DNA from: Orbicella franksi
Taxonomy: Eukaryota
Direction: 5' to 3'
Assembly: GCA_964199315.1 (NCBI GenBank)
Contig: OZ116701.1
Span: forward strand, 21,824,001 to 21,888,000
DNA length: 64,000 bases
The notes beneath the pieces were generated by a model. It was not told the origin of the DNA, ran no database searches, and was given only the letters and a program-made list of their open reading frames with translations. The position numbers were made by a program, and so were the translations under genes. Positions 37,649-50,896 of the stretch are shown piece after piece. Positions within the stretch are counted from its first letter, which is position 1; each line of letters starts with the position of its first letter.

Positions 37649-37692
37649 CTCTGATATGGTGAATTCATAAGATTTGTCACAAATTTCCAGCA
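37649..37692 (-). CDS. Candidate micro-exon of an unidentified gene
   Basis: Strong acceptor TTTCTTTGTTTCATTTCTTTTAG, donor GAG|GTAATT; 44 nt; open as LEICDKSYEFTISE or CWKFVTNLMNSPYQ. Confidence 0.2.
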
Positions 37693-38559
37693 CTAAAAGA
37701 AATGAAACAAAGAAACAATTGAGCTGCTTCCACAGTGACCCTTAATGTGTGATTAAAGTAAAGCTGTCTGTCTAAAGAAACATTATTTTATGAGTACAGA
37801 GAAGTTCATATTTGTTCCATTTTGTTCCAGGCAGATCATAAATACCTATCATCATGTACCTGCTCTCTGGTCTTTGATACATTCTCTTTCGTTTCACATG
37901 TCATCACCCCCACTACATCAACACTCATCCAAACCATGTGTATCGAAAATTTATTAGCCCTTAGTTTTGGAGCTTCAGACAGGGAATTAGGTCTGATTTT
38001 GTTTATACACCCTCTGCACCACATGTTTTCCACAAAAATCCAGGAACATTGGTTTGAATTTTTTCCTGGGAAAACATTGCTCCATTTTCTAGCATCTTAT
38101 ATATCTCAATATGTGACCGTCGGTAAGTTCCAAGAGATCATACCCACGGCTTGTAAACGAACTGCCACATCTTTAATTTTGCTACATCTGATACACAAGT
38201 CTTCCATACCTTCCTTGCCTTAAGACTTCCGGCGTGTAGTTCAGAATTATCACAGTCTTTGACGAAAGAACCGAGGTGAAAATAGTACCTTTACAAACTG
38301 CCAAGGTTCGACCTTGTTCGGAACAGCAAAACTCATGTGCTTTTTTGTCACGTGACTCTACATCAAGGGAAAACTGGTGCCTAGTGCGCAATACCACTGT
38401 TCAACTCAATGCAGTAGCATTTATATGGCTCCTCTAAAATGTTCGTCATTTTAAACAAAACAGTCCTTCATCCTATTCTATGTCTCTGTATCTAGATCTT
38501 ACAGTGTCTCTGCTAAATGTTTATACTTCAATTCACTCTAATCTCGTATGGCTCCTCGT

Positions 38560-41500
38560 CAGGGATTCCCAGTCTCTCTTGTGATGACTCTAGCAGAAGA
38601 ACCAGCTTGTTAATAGGTCAATCCAGTGTGGATCCCTTTGAAGTTCGGACAGTTACTGATCTGACCTGACCTTGATCGTCTTGATGAGTAGTGAGCACTT
38701 TAACCAAAGACCACTGGTTTCTGCATGTGTTGTTGTCCTTCAGCAATACATCACCTTCGGTAAAATTTCTATGTTGTCTTGTCCATTTGTTTCTTACTTG
38801 TAGGCTCTGTAAGTACTCTTTGCTCCATCGGACCCAAAACTCATTACCAATGTGTTGCACACACCTCCAATGTCGCTAACAATAGACATCTTCTGTTTGA
38901 AACTTTCCAGGAGGTGGAAGAATGAGCTTCGATTTGCCAGTTAGAAGGGTGTTTGGGGTAAGCGGTTGTGGTGAAAGTGGATCACTCAAGGTGTCAACCG
39001 TAAGGGGGCGACTGTTCACAACCGCTTCGGCCTCGCACATTAAGGTTCTCAACGCTTCATTGTCCAGACTGTGGCTGTGTTCTCTCATGAGTGCCACCAT
39101 AATGTTTCGCACAGACAGAATTTGCCTTTCCCACACTCCTCCAAAGTTGCTTGCTGTGGCGGGGTTCCTAACCCAGTCAATGTCATCCTTTAGAAGCTCT
39201 CCCTTAATCTGATCATCATCCATTTCTTGGAGCGCCCTCTCCAACTCGTTGTCTGCTCCCACAAAATTAGTTCCTTGGTCACTGCAGAGCTCTCTTGTGG
39301 GCCCTCTTCAGCTAATGAAACGCTGTAAAGCTTGTAGAAATGAATCTGTTTCCATTGAGTGTGCTACTTCAATGTGGATAGAACGACTAGCCATACATGT
39401 GAATAAGGCTCCATACCTTTTGACTTCTTTCCTGCCTTCCTTAACATGCCATGGTCAAAAATAGTCTACTGCACAGTATGTAAATGGGGGCGCAGGCTCA
39501 AGACGTGACTTTGGAAGATTGGCCATTTTCTGTTCTCCAGTACTTCCACGAAGATAGCGACAACTGACACATTTTGAGATGAAATGCTGGACAGCTGCAT
39601 TCCCATTAATGATCCAATAACCGTTTGTGCATAGCTCATTCAACGTGACACCTCGTACACTATGTTGGGTCTTCTCATGAACATGACGGATTATCAGTGT
39701 TGTGACATGGCCAGCTTTCCGCAAGATGATAGGGGTTTTGATCCGTCCTCCAACTCTTAGAACCCCATTGCTATCCAAAAATGGATCCAGTGTATGCAGA
39801 CTGCTGGTTCTCTTCATTGCAACATTTTTATCTTTATCCTCCTGTCGACATTCACGCTTTCCATCAGCTTGAAGGCCCTTTAAGACTGTAATTTCTTTTT
39901 CAAAGGCGTCAGCTTGCACTAACTTGATAACTTTTATTTCGGCCTGTTCCAAGTCGTTCACCATAACAGGTACAACAACAGAACAACTTGTATAATCGCT
40001 ATTTCGATCACTGTTCTGAGAGGTTTTTTTCGCTGAAGATCCACTAATTGCTTTGCTTATGCTCACTTTCAGCCGCTGTTTGTACATCATGCATAAAGCG
40101 ATCGCTGTCTTCAACCTTTGCCAATTGGAAAATCTTTCTAACCTGCTCAGCATGTCTTTCCTCTCTTCTACGATGGTAGAATTGGCAGTGGTCTTTCTCA
40201 CTTCTGGACTGCTGGGGTCAATTTCATCTTCATATGAACTTTGCTTTGGCCAGTGATTTTCACTTTGCCACAAGAAACCTGGACCATTGATCCATTGTGA
40301 TTTCTGCAGAAAATCACTTGCATTCAGACCTCGTGAACCTTCATCTGCTGGGTTTGATGCCGACTCTACGTATCGCAATTGTGCTGGTGAAGTGTAATCT
40401 CGTATCAACTGCACTCTATTTGCTACATAGACATGGAATCTTCGAGACTCATTGTTGATGAACCCAAGAACCACCTTACTGCCCGTCCAATGAAACTCTT
40501 CTATTCTCTCATAATCCAACTCGTTCTTGAGCACATCAGCCACTCTTACTGAGACAGCAGCAGCAGCTGCTAGTTCTAGCCAGGGAATGCTGACTGTTTT
40601 CCTTGGTGCAACGCGTGCCTTGCCCATGACAAAAGAGCAATGTACCTGATTGTTGTCATCAACTAAGCGTAGATACGAGCATTGCCCATATCCAGTTTCT
40701 GAGGTATCTGACATATGCAGTTGCGCTGAGACAATCTGAGCAAAGTCAGGGGGCTTGAAGCTCCTTGGAATGTTGAGTTACTCTAGGGGGGGCATTTGAC
40801 TTCTCCACTTGTCCCAACGGGCAAGAACATCACCTTGGACTGGGTCATCCCAACTGTTGCTGTGACAAATTTCTTGCAATATCTGCTTTCCAACGAGGAT
40901 GACAGGTGCTATGAATCCCAAAGGATCATAGACTGAGCTGACTGTTGACAGCATTCCCCTACGAGTACAATGCTGATCTTTCAACTCTATCCTGAACTTA
41001 AACGCATCTGATTCAATGCACCATTGCACGCCCAAAGCTCTCTCTATGGGAAGCCTGTCTTGACCTAAGTCTAGGCCCTTAATTTCCTTTGCACTATCTT
41101 CGGGCGATACTGACATAATCACCCTTCAACTGTTGCTGACAAACTTCGTGAGGTTGAATCCTCCCTTTGCGCACATCTTCTTAACGTTATGAACAAGTTC
41201 TATGGCATCTTCCTTGGTCGGCACTGATTTCAATATGTCATTGACGTAAAAGTTCTTAAGCATTTCTGCAGCCTTCACACCAAACTCCGCTTCACTATCA
41301 CCTGCAGTACACTTGAGCGCAAAGTTTGAGCAGCCCAGTGAAGATCCACCACCGAACAGATGCACTGTCATACAGTATTCTTCAGGCTCCACTGCCAAGT
41401 CTCCGTTGGGCCACCACAGGAAACGAAGAAAATCCTGATCTTCTTCCTTCACCTTAACCCGGTAGAACATCTTTTCAACATCCGCCATAAAGGCAACTTT

Positions 41501-44500
41501 CTCTTGTCTGAATCTTGTTAACATGCCAGTTAGTTTGCTGGTCAAGTCAGAACCCTGTAAAAGGTGGTCATTGAGTGATTCTCCCTGATAGCGTGCTGAA
41601 CAGTCAAACACCAGACAGATGCTACTTGGTTTTTTCGGGTGATAAATGCCATGGTGAGGTAGATACCACACCTTACCCTTCTGGGTTACTAACTTCCCAG
41701 AGTCTACCTTACGAGCATGTCCCTTGTCTATTGTGTCAGCCATAAAGTTAACATAATCAGCATGGTACTTGTCATTTGCTTGCAGCCTCTTCTTCAAACC
41801 AGCAAGTCGCTGAACTGCTTGAGGGCAGTTATCTGGGAGCTGGATATTCTCTTCTCTGAATGGGAGTGGCATCTCATATTGTAAGTCCTCACGGTGATGA
41901 ATTCCCTCCTCAGCCTTCCTTAGAAATTCACGATCTTCTTGAGACATAGCTGTTCTGTTTTCCCTTTCAGAAAAGTCCAGTTCAAACATTTGTACAACTC
42001 GAGGCGTTATCTGTTCCTTGACGCTTCTCTCAGCTACTATGTAGCCACTAACATCCTAAGCAGCACTGGTCTTGTGGATCTGGATTCTGTTACAATGCAC
42101 CACACCGTTGCCTTTGCATTCAATTGGCCCATTAATGTGCCATCCCAAAAGTGACCGTACAGCATATGGATCGTTCTGTTCTCCATGAATGATATCCCTT
42201 GGCCATACTGCACTAGGGCAGCTAAGTCCAATCAGGAGCCCTATCTCTACATCTTCCATATACAGTGGTATGTGCTCGACGACTTTTTGCAAATGTGGCC
42301 ATCCACTAGCTGTCTCTGGTCTAGGGATTTCATCTCGGTCTGCTGGAATGTGTTGCTTAACATAGGCTCTGGGAGTGTTTAGATGTACATCATTTTCACT
42401 AAAGTGAGCTGCCACCAATCCGTCAACTACCTTGGTGTCAATTTCTTGTATGCCATGCATGGTGGTTAGCAATAATTTAGTCTCAGTTCCCTTAACGCCA
42501 AGCTTTTCCAACGACTCTTCTTTAATGAAAGTTCCACCACTTGCATTGTCAAGAATAGCACAGACTCTTATTTTGCGTTTGGGACTGTCCTTATGGTACA
42601 GCCAGATAGGGACTATGCCCATGCTCACAGGAATATCACCAGCCTCTGTCACATTACAAATGGTGTTACAAGCATTAGTGATTTGGCCACCATCTTTCTT
42701 TCCATCAATCTCCTGTACTTTACCTTCACCACTCTGAGCTTCAATTGTCACTGCTTCTTGTTTCCAGTCGGGATCATGAAGTGATGTCGGATGTTTCTTA
42801 CTACAAGTCTGACAGGACTTTCTACTCTTGCAGAGCTTGGCAATGTGCTCAGAGCTGTAACATCCAAAACATAAACCTTTCTCTTTAACAAAGTTCCTTC
42901 GCTCTGTTAAAGGTTTCTTCAGAAACTCAGCACATTCGTCTAGATCATGTGCCTTGGAACATAAGGTGCAGCTGCGGGAATGAGGGTCTCGCGTGCCACC
43001 ATCTGGTTTCGAGATATTTGTCCCAAACCATGAACCTTTACCTCTCTTGAATCTTTGATCTCCTGGTTTACGGAATTTCTCATCTGTCTCCCTTGATTTG
43101 CTGACCACCTCTTCTGAATAAATGGGATCTGTAGCCAAATCAGCTTGCTCTGACACAAACTGACAAAAGTCACCGAAATTAGCCATCCGTTCCTTGGTAC
43201 TTCTAATTTTCCTAACTCTTTCAGTCCATTTACTGCGCAGGTGTCGTGGTAACCTCTCCCACAATTGACGAAGAACATTTGCAGTGTTCAAGTCATTCAT
43301 GTAAGCCATGCCTGTCATAGCATTCCTTGCTTGCTCAAGAACAATGGAAAATTCCTGCAACCCTGATCCATCATTTGGCTTCACAGAAGGCCAGTTAGGT
43401 ATTTTGAAAATGTATGCCCTTGCAATTTTGTACAGGTCTCCAAAATGCTTCTTCAGTAGTCGTCTAGCTTCTCGGTATGAATCTTCACTTTTCATTTGCA
43501 AACAACCCTTCATCAGTTCCTTTGCTTTGCAACTGGTATACTGATCTAAATAATACAATACCGCTCAATAGAATTTTCAACCTTAGATTCTATGAGTCTC
43601 AAAGGCTGTTATGAATGCTGGGTATGCCATGACATCTCTGGAGAATGTAGGTGGTTTATGTGAGGGCAATTGACTTCTAGCTTGTTGTGCAACAATCGTC
43701 TCTGACAGTTCTGTTTGTTTCTTTTGGACCTTTAGAAACTCTTGACATTACTGTCATTAACAATAGAACTTGAATCTCTTCTTGATAAGTGTTCACTTTC
43801 TTGCTTGTCATGTGACTGCTCAGCAACAATGGGTATTTCAGGTTGTTCTACTTCTGTAAATAGGTTTCCAGGAACGAAGGGTTGTGCGGATGGATTCATA
43901 GCACAAGTTGTAAATACAGCACTAGTTGTGATAGGAGTGGTGGAGGGAGTAACCATGGAAATTGTATTAACTGAATTCACAACAGCTGGCACTTGCAGTT
44001 TTCCAGCAGTAACAGTACTTATTCATACAACTGGTAAAGTAGCTTGATTACAAGAAATGGCTTGAGACGAAATGGGAGTTGAGGTGTATTTCACTTTCAT
44101 GGTTTCCAAATAATCATTCATGCCATCAATGTTTTGTTCCATTTCAAATTGCTTGTAAACATTTTCTTCTAAGAATGCTGCCTTAATCTCCAAGGCGGCA
44201 GCCTTAGCCTTAGCTTCCATTAACTTTGACTTTGAAGAAGATGAGGAAGTGAGAGAACGCTTAGAACGACCAGACAATCGTAATTTTATTGAGCCAATTT
44301 CATCATCATGTTGCTTCTTTGCCTGGTTTAGGAATGCAATCACACTGCTTGAAGATAAACACGTCTTTATCGTGTGTATCAAACCATTCTTGGGCCACTT
44401 TGATCTCATGATCATCAGTCAAAGCATTAGTATATCGCTCATGCACTTCTTGTAGCCTTGAAAACACTTGATCTAACACCTGCGATTCTATGCTCACTTG

Positions 44501-44788
44501 TTCAACATTCGTCAAACTTAATAATAATGGTCGCACTTTGTTCATTTGTTCAGTTAAATTCAACAAAGCATTTCTTCGACTATCTTTTAATCTTCGAACT
44601 TCAAATTCCCTACCCTTTCCTGTGGGAATCCTTCGGCAGATGGCAGCTCCAGCCAACATGTTTTCTGCACCTTCGAGCTCTTCAATATCGTTCAGCGGTG
44701 ATATCGCGTGTGGTGAACATTCTGGTGACGTCTCGAAAGGCAGTGACTCCAAGTCTTCTTGTTCCTTTTCCATTTCAAATTTGCCCAA
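38560..44788 (-). pseudogene. BEL/Pao gag-pol with several frameshifts
   Basis: Gag with three Cys/His knuckles (CTLCSKAHDLDEC, CFGCYSSEHIAKLC, CQTCSKKHPTSLH); protease ILDNASGGTF; RT WYLPHH..VFDCSA..FYVND; RH SDTSETGYGQCSY; IN CVSC..PPFTYCAVDYF..ASNFGGVWERQI; FW.RWSKEYL. Confidence 0.92.
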
Positions 44789-45116
44789 AATATGTTCCTT
44801 TTCTTGATCCTCTTCGAATGTAACACTCTTTCACCGTAAATTGGTGTCCATAACCAATGTTTACCATTTGTAAGGTCGAACTGTGACCGTCGGTAAGTAC
44901 CAAGAGATCATACTCACGGCTTGTAAACGAACTGCCATATCTTTAATTTCGCTACATCTGATACACAAGTCTTCCATACCTTCCTTGCCTTAAGACTTCC
45001 GGTGCGTAGTTCAGAATAATCACAATCTTTGACGAAAGAACTGAGGCGAAAATAGTACATTTACAAACTGCCGAGGTTCGGCCTTGTTCGGAACAGCAAA
45101 ACTCATGTGCTTTTTT

Positions 45117-45126
45117 GTCACGTGAC
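45117..45126. promoter_or_regulatory. Palindromic E-box GTCACGTGAC in the BEL LTR (also 38347-38356)
   Basis: Perfect 10-bp palindrome conserved in both LTRs, next to an A-rich run on the element's sense strand. Confidence 0.5.
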
Positions 45127-45359
45127 TCTACATTGAGGGAAAACTGGCGCCTAGTGCGCAATACCGCTGTTCAACTCAATGCGGTAGCATTTACACAATA
45201 CTATGCTATGCACAATACTTAACAGGAAATTACACAGTTACCAAATTGGTCAACGAATTATCAGGACAATCTGTCCTATTAAAAAAGCCACCAGGATCTT
45301 AGCTGGTACCTGGAGGTATTTTCACCTATAAGTTGGGTGCTGGAAATCCCACTACAATA

Positions 45360-46720
45360 GAAATTTTGGTGAGATCCTTGCAAGGAATCATGTACCTTCC
45401 AAGAATCTTGCCACAATCGTGGAGAGATTTTGACCACCATGAGTCCTCAAAGTGGGAATCTTTCCATTAATTTGCTGAGAATCTCACTGAGAAGTATTCT
45501 CAGAAGAGAGAATGTTCCTCCCGAGAAAATTGCTGCTAAATGTGATAACACACTCACAGCATGCACTTCCACTTGAAAAAAACAACTTATTCTCGCTAGC
45601 TTTAGCACATTAAGTTAATTGTCTCATTAGCTTTTTGTTTTGATGGACATGCCTAACACAATAAAAAGTGAGAAATCCAACACATCAAACAGTGAAGCAT
45701 GCAAATAGCAAGTGACCCAACAAGTGCTTTTAAATATCTTAATGGTAACAAAATTGCTCATTGGTCAATTTTTTTGCCTAAATCTCAGCCATATTGCTGA
45801 GATTGGTGAAATCTTTACAAGATGGGTGAGATCTCACCAAGATCTTGCCATGATGTTTGGGTCTTTCTAAATCTCAGCGAGATTGTGGCAAGGTTGCCTA
45901 TATCTTGCCAAGAATGTTGAGATCTTGCCATGCTTGAGAGATTGCTGCGATCTTGCCATGATGTGTGTCTTTCTAAATCTTGGTAAGATCTTGCCAAGAG
46001 TTGGAAAGACACAAACCAGAATGGCAGGATCTTCCAAGACTTGTTGAAGTGACCTTTGACTGAACTGTGTACACTGAATTATTAGCAAAGTGCAAAACTT
46101 GACCAGTGGATAAAGATAAACCTTTTTACAACATTTGCTCTGGGATGAAGCTGTACCCAAGCCAAACAAATTTACAAATATAGTTAAGTAAATCAGGTTA
46201 ATTATTATTATTGTTTGCTTGAGTAAAGAATCGGATATTGACCTAGGGATAAAGGTTAGTTCTCCTGTATTTCTATTTCAGCATAATAACAATTTTCCTT
46301 TCATAAAATGTGAACTGAAGGTGAAAGCATTTGATACTATATAAGCTTTTCGTGACAATCTTTTCTGTAAATAAATCTGATTGTTTTTGATACAGTGGAG
46401 TCATATTTCAATGTGCTTACTTTGTCTGCTAGAATTTCTCTCAACATTGACATTGTGTTAACTTTCCTAAATTTTGTAAATTTATGATTACTGGATCTGC
46501 AAGATCTCTATGAGATTCTTGGCAAGTTTTTTGTTTTAACATTTTGATATTCTCAGGAAGAAATTTTTTAGCCAAGAAATCTCCGAGATTCCAGGCAAGT
46601 GTTTGGCCTCAGAGATTTTGACATCTTGTTGAGAATCTCAGCGAGGTTTTGAGATCTCGCCAGCCAAAAATTTGCAGAGAATCTCAGCAAGATCTCAGTC
46701 AAAGTTTTGCACAAGTTTTC
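45360..46720. repeat. Clusters of short AGATCTTGCCA / GAGAATCTC subterminal-type repeats, probably a decayed TIR element
   Basis: Dense imperfect repeats at 45360-45530, 45780-46040 and 46490-46720; boundaries unresolved. Confidence 0.5.
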
Positions 46721-47101
46721 ATCAACAACTACCATTGACCCAATTAACAGCCATGCATTACAGCAAAAGCAAACCAGCATTAAAGGAAATTGCTGCAGCT
46801 GCTGCACTGAATTCACCTAAGCTGTCTTAAAAATGTCATGGTTCTATAAATGATGCAGAAGATGGTGCTACACTATACTTCATCTGACTTCAATGAAGTC
46901 TACTTTGGCTGAAACTACAAAGAAAAACCATACAGTCTAGAAATAGTCAAATAGAGGCCGAGAAAGTATTTTGTGATACTGTTTTTTAAGATGATGGCAT
47001 CCTTGGGGATGAAGAGAAGACTGACCTAAAATAATAATAATAATATTTATATTGTGCAAATTCCAAACAATGTTCAAGTGTGCATAACAGTTTTAATCCA
47101 G

Positions 47102-47187
47102 GTGACTATGAGCCACTTAACTTGGAAAATGGATTGTCAGTAAACAGTGGCAATTTGGATGGCACTGATGAACTGAGTTTGAAATCC
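47102..47187 (+). CDS. Candidate exon or decayed coding fragment
   Basis: TTTTAATCCAG| ... |GTATGT; open frame GDYEPLNLENGLSVNSGNLDGTDELSLKS; no homology recognised. Confidence 0.15.
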
Positions 47188-48745
47188 GTATGTCATACAT
47201 ATGCGAGTGGAGTGGAGCCCTGAGTGAGTGGAGTCCCATACCTTAGAATATTTGGTAACCCATCAAGTTGAGAAAATTTGGTTATGACATCACTGTATGA
47301 ACAAACGTCCATCCATACAGACTCTGGGGGAGGAGGAGGGAATCTCAAGGTAACCCTAATGGGGGAACACAACAATGTAATCTTCTCTTGGTGGAATGTG
47401 AGAAAAGAAAACTCATTTCTATTTGTTATGTCATCAAACAATAGTGAAGGTTGATCTACCATTTTCGAGATAGGTTTTAACTGAAGCAGAACATGAAAGT
47501 AAACGGCAGAGAGCAAGAGTGAACAGGCATGGTAAAAAAGGTTGCAAAAGAGAGCAGGCCAGGGCTAGGGAAAGCAGGCGAAACAGTACTAGACAATGCC
47601 ATGTATTATGGTGAATCAGCCTGATAGAGACTGGAGTTGATATAATACTGAACAATGCCGTGAAGCAGAGCAAATGAGGGCTACAGAAAGGAGGCACAAT
47701 ACCCAAAAAATTCACTCAGAAGACTGCCGAACTTCCCAAGTTAATTTGAGCTTCGGAATGTGCAAGAAAAGTCACAATTCATAAGGTGATCAACAAGGGA
47801 AATCAAATGTGTTTGGTGAGGTTAGAGAAATTGCAAAACGGTTCACACAGCGGTAAAAAGTGGTTGATTCGTCTTCACAACTTTTGCAGCATGTTTCTGC
47901 CTAGAGGATTCACACTGAAGTGAACTGTTTAATTGCAGTAACCATTTTGTTACACTTTAGATACTTTTGCATATATTTTTTACCCATTTAGCTGTAATAT
48001 TGCTGATGTGTTTAATAATTAAACATATCTTGGCTTGGCTGACCAAATGCACTTATTCATCAAAACATCCTAGTGTGTTTGATTGTCTACATGTAGTGAA
48101 GACGATTTTTTGGCATAATTTAATAACAAAATTTCATAATTAAGAGGACATGTCCACTAACATAGCACCAGTTATGGCAGATTATGAAAAATCAAAATTC
48201 TTAAAATTTCTCCCAGACATAGCCTACGATAAGCCTTCAAACCTGGTGGGATTTTTTTCTCAAAGTAGTTTTTAAAACCTGCCAAAAAAATCACAGATTA
48301 GTTACAACCCCAAGTGTGGTGAAAAACAAGCCAAATGTAGTGACTTATACCTTATCATAAACTTTGGTCTGCTCAATCCACGTCACAATAAGACTCCATT
48401 TTCAGCCTGTAAATTTATTGTTGAGAGATTTACAAGTCTTTTGAGGCCAATATTACTTCTGTGGGTTTGGACCAGGCACTTAAAATCATTAAAATTTGCT
48501 TTCTCAAAATTCTTAATTATGCACACAATTTTTTATTAGAAACTGTAAAGATTAGAGAACCTTTTCAAGACTTTCGATGAAATTTTCACAGAGTGATCAA
48601 TTCTACTGTAATTTCAAATCTGTTAAAATTTCTTTGCTAGGATTACCCATATTTTCACACATCACTATTGTAAATAACGTAATTTGTTTTAATTGTAAAT
48701 AAAGTAATTTAACAGAGAAGGGCTACCTCGTGGATCTGTTAAACC

Positions 48746-48782
48746 ATTATTATTATTATTATTATTATTGTTGTTGTTGTTG
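48746..48782 (+). repeat. Compound (ATT)n(GTT)n microsatellite
   Basis: Read directly from the sequence. Confidence 0.95.
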
Positions 48783-48866
48783 CATTTGATTTCCTTGGTA
48801 TTTCGACTTAAACTGTGGCAGAAAAGTCATGTTTAGGTCACCTCATGTAAGGTATTGCATTCAAAT

Positions 48867-49031
48867 CAGTGGTGGATCCTGACCTTGAGCTAAGGGGGAA
48901 ACCCATTTTTTTTTTGTTTGCCCTGCCGGCTTTTCTTCCTTAGGTGATTTTCTTGTAACCCAAAATAAGGGGATGCCAGGGTTATGGTTAGGGTTAGGGT
49001 CCCCCAGACGCCTCCCCTAGAACTGCCACTG
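48867..49031. mobile_element. Small hAT-like MITE
   Basis: CAGTGGTGGATC ... GAACTGCCACTG termini; TSD not evident. Confidence 0.55.
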
Positions 49032-49378
49032 CACATATTAAGTACTGGTGTACTCAGAATCCACTTTTGTTGTCAAATATTCTGATGTGTGGAGTACAAA
49101 TCTGCCAAATACATCATCTCCTTTTTGACATTCAACTTATGTCTCCAAGATAATCAACCTCATGCCTATCCCTTGTTCTAATCAAGTAATAAGTAGTGAA
49201 GCATTCCAGCATGAAGCATTCCAGCATCAGATCCTTGCTTGCTAAACCAAAATCCTTATGTTCTGTTCTCCACGCTCATGCTGAAATGTAGTGGCGTCCA
49301 ATGTCGATTAAATTCTCTGTCACACAGCAGTCACTTCTTAGGATTTTGTCACGTGTTGCCAAAAATGGGTGAGAGAAT

Positions 49379-49686
49379 CCAGGGAGGGGACTCTGATATA
49401 AAAGGTACGGGGGTGCTCATCTTACCTTTTAGGGGTTAAAAAGTGGATATGCTACCTCTTAGGGTGTTCAACATCAAAAGGTCCTACAGCAGGAGCTTTT
49501 GCAGTACCTTTGTACTGACACAAAAAACGTTGGTGTCAGTTAGTGTTGCTTTAGAATTGGTACTTCTTAAGGGTGAAAAAAAATTCAAGCCACACCCAGA
49601 AATCAGGGTCTTGGTACCTCTTAGGAGTTTTTTTCAAACATTCCAATGAGCACCCCTGTCCTTTTTATATGGGAGTCCACCCCAGG
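49379..49686. mobile_element. MITE
   Basis: CCAGGG..ACTCTGATATAAAAGGTACGGGGGTGCTC ... GAGCACCCCTGTCCTTTTTATATGGGAGT..CCAGG inverted ends. Confidence 0.65.
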
Positions 49687-50896
49687 AAGAGAATAACAAA
49701 TTGAAAGATTACATAACACTTTTCAAACACATAATTTTAATTTCAAAGCTCTCTGAACATACTTTGTAACATACTTCAAGCGAAATAGGATATGGAAACA
49801 TTTAAATCCAAATGTGACCCATAAAATATTGCACAGAAATTTCCCTGGCAAAGGAACTGCATTTAAATGTATTTTGGGCTCAGAACGGAGAGGGGGAGGG
49901 GATAACTCCCCAATATGGGGTGTCCAAGGTACGTGCAGCCCAAAAGGGTATGGTGTTTGAGTTGTTTATGTCTGAAATAGGGTGTGTTTTTCGTTCTGGC
50001 TTGGCATTGGGTATTTTGGTTACAAGGAACCAAATATTATTTCCGCAGCAACATTGGCAAATTTGAAGACCCTCTCAAATGGTTACATGGAGGGGCCTTT
50101 TCTGGTTAGCGGTGGTCATATATTAGAGCTGTGTACTAATTTCATAGGTCTGAAAACTGGGTATCGATTTTTGGCAGAGATCTGAAATTGGATATGGAAA
50201 AGCACAGATTTTGGAAGGGTTTCAAGGTTTTGGCCATACACCCACACCAAAACTTTGGGGAGTACCCCACCTGGGGAGGGGATTTAGGAGTTGTATGACG
50301 TCTTGTATCTAACTATTTCATGTGAGAGATCAATGCCAAATGATATATACTCTCTTGGAAAAGGCACCCACCTCCCTTTGAGAGTTGGTATAGCCATTAT
50401 ATTTGCTTCTAACAAAGTTTTGCAGCCTGTGGTAATACCACAGGTCACCCAAGCTCGCAACACATAGATTAGTTCTCAGGTTTTGTAGCAATCAAAATAT
50501 AGGGAGTATGGGGTCTGTGAATGGTTATATTCTAAAGCCTTAAAGAGATGAAGAATTATGAATAAAAATAAACCTACCATGCTTCAAGTATGTTTTCTTT
50601 TTTCTCATGAGGTTTCTAGGCCAATTTATGGTCATTTAGGTGGTTTTTAGCCTCATTGCTTTGTCTTCCATCTTTTCCCAAGGTAGGGCACTGCATGACC
50701 CCGGCTCAATGGGTCCATTAAACAAAAAAGGCTGTAAATTCGCTTCAAATGCTCCGATCGCCTCGAAATTTCAAATACATCATGGATGATGGTTTTCTGG
50801 AGCATTTGGAGCGAATTAACAGCCATTTTCATTCAGTGGACTCGTTAAGTTGGATTCACCCAGTGCCCAAGCTTGGGAAAAGACATAAATACTATG

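Larger units (their letters stand above)
38112..45195 (-). mobile_element. Full-length, decayed BEL/Pao LTR retrotransposon
   Basis: 314-bp LTRs at 38112-38425 and 44882-45195 (19 mismatches by manual count); 5-bp TSD CAATA (38107-38111, 45196-45200); PPT-like AGAGGAGCCA next to the 3' LTR. Confidence 0.95.

Noticed and set aside
44860-44866. TGGTAAAC (minus strand) as a tRNA PBS for the BEL element
   Set aside because: It starts 15 nt from the LTR, too far for a standard PBS, and I recognise no matching tRNA 3' end
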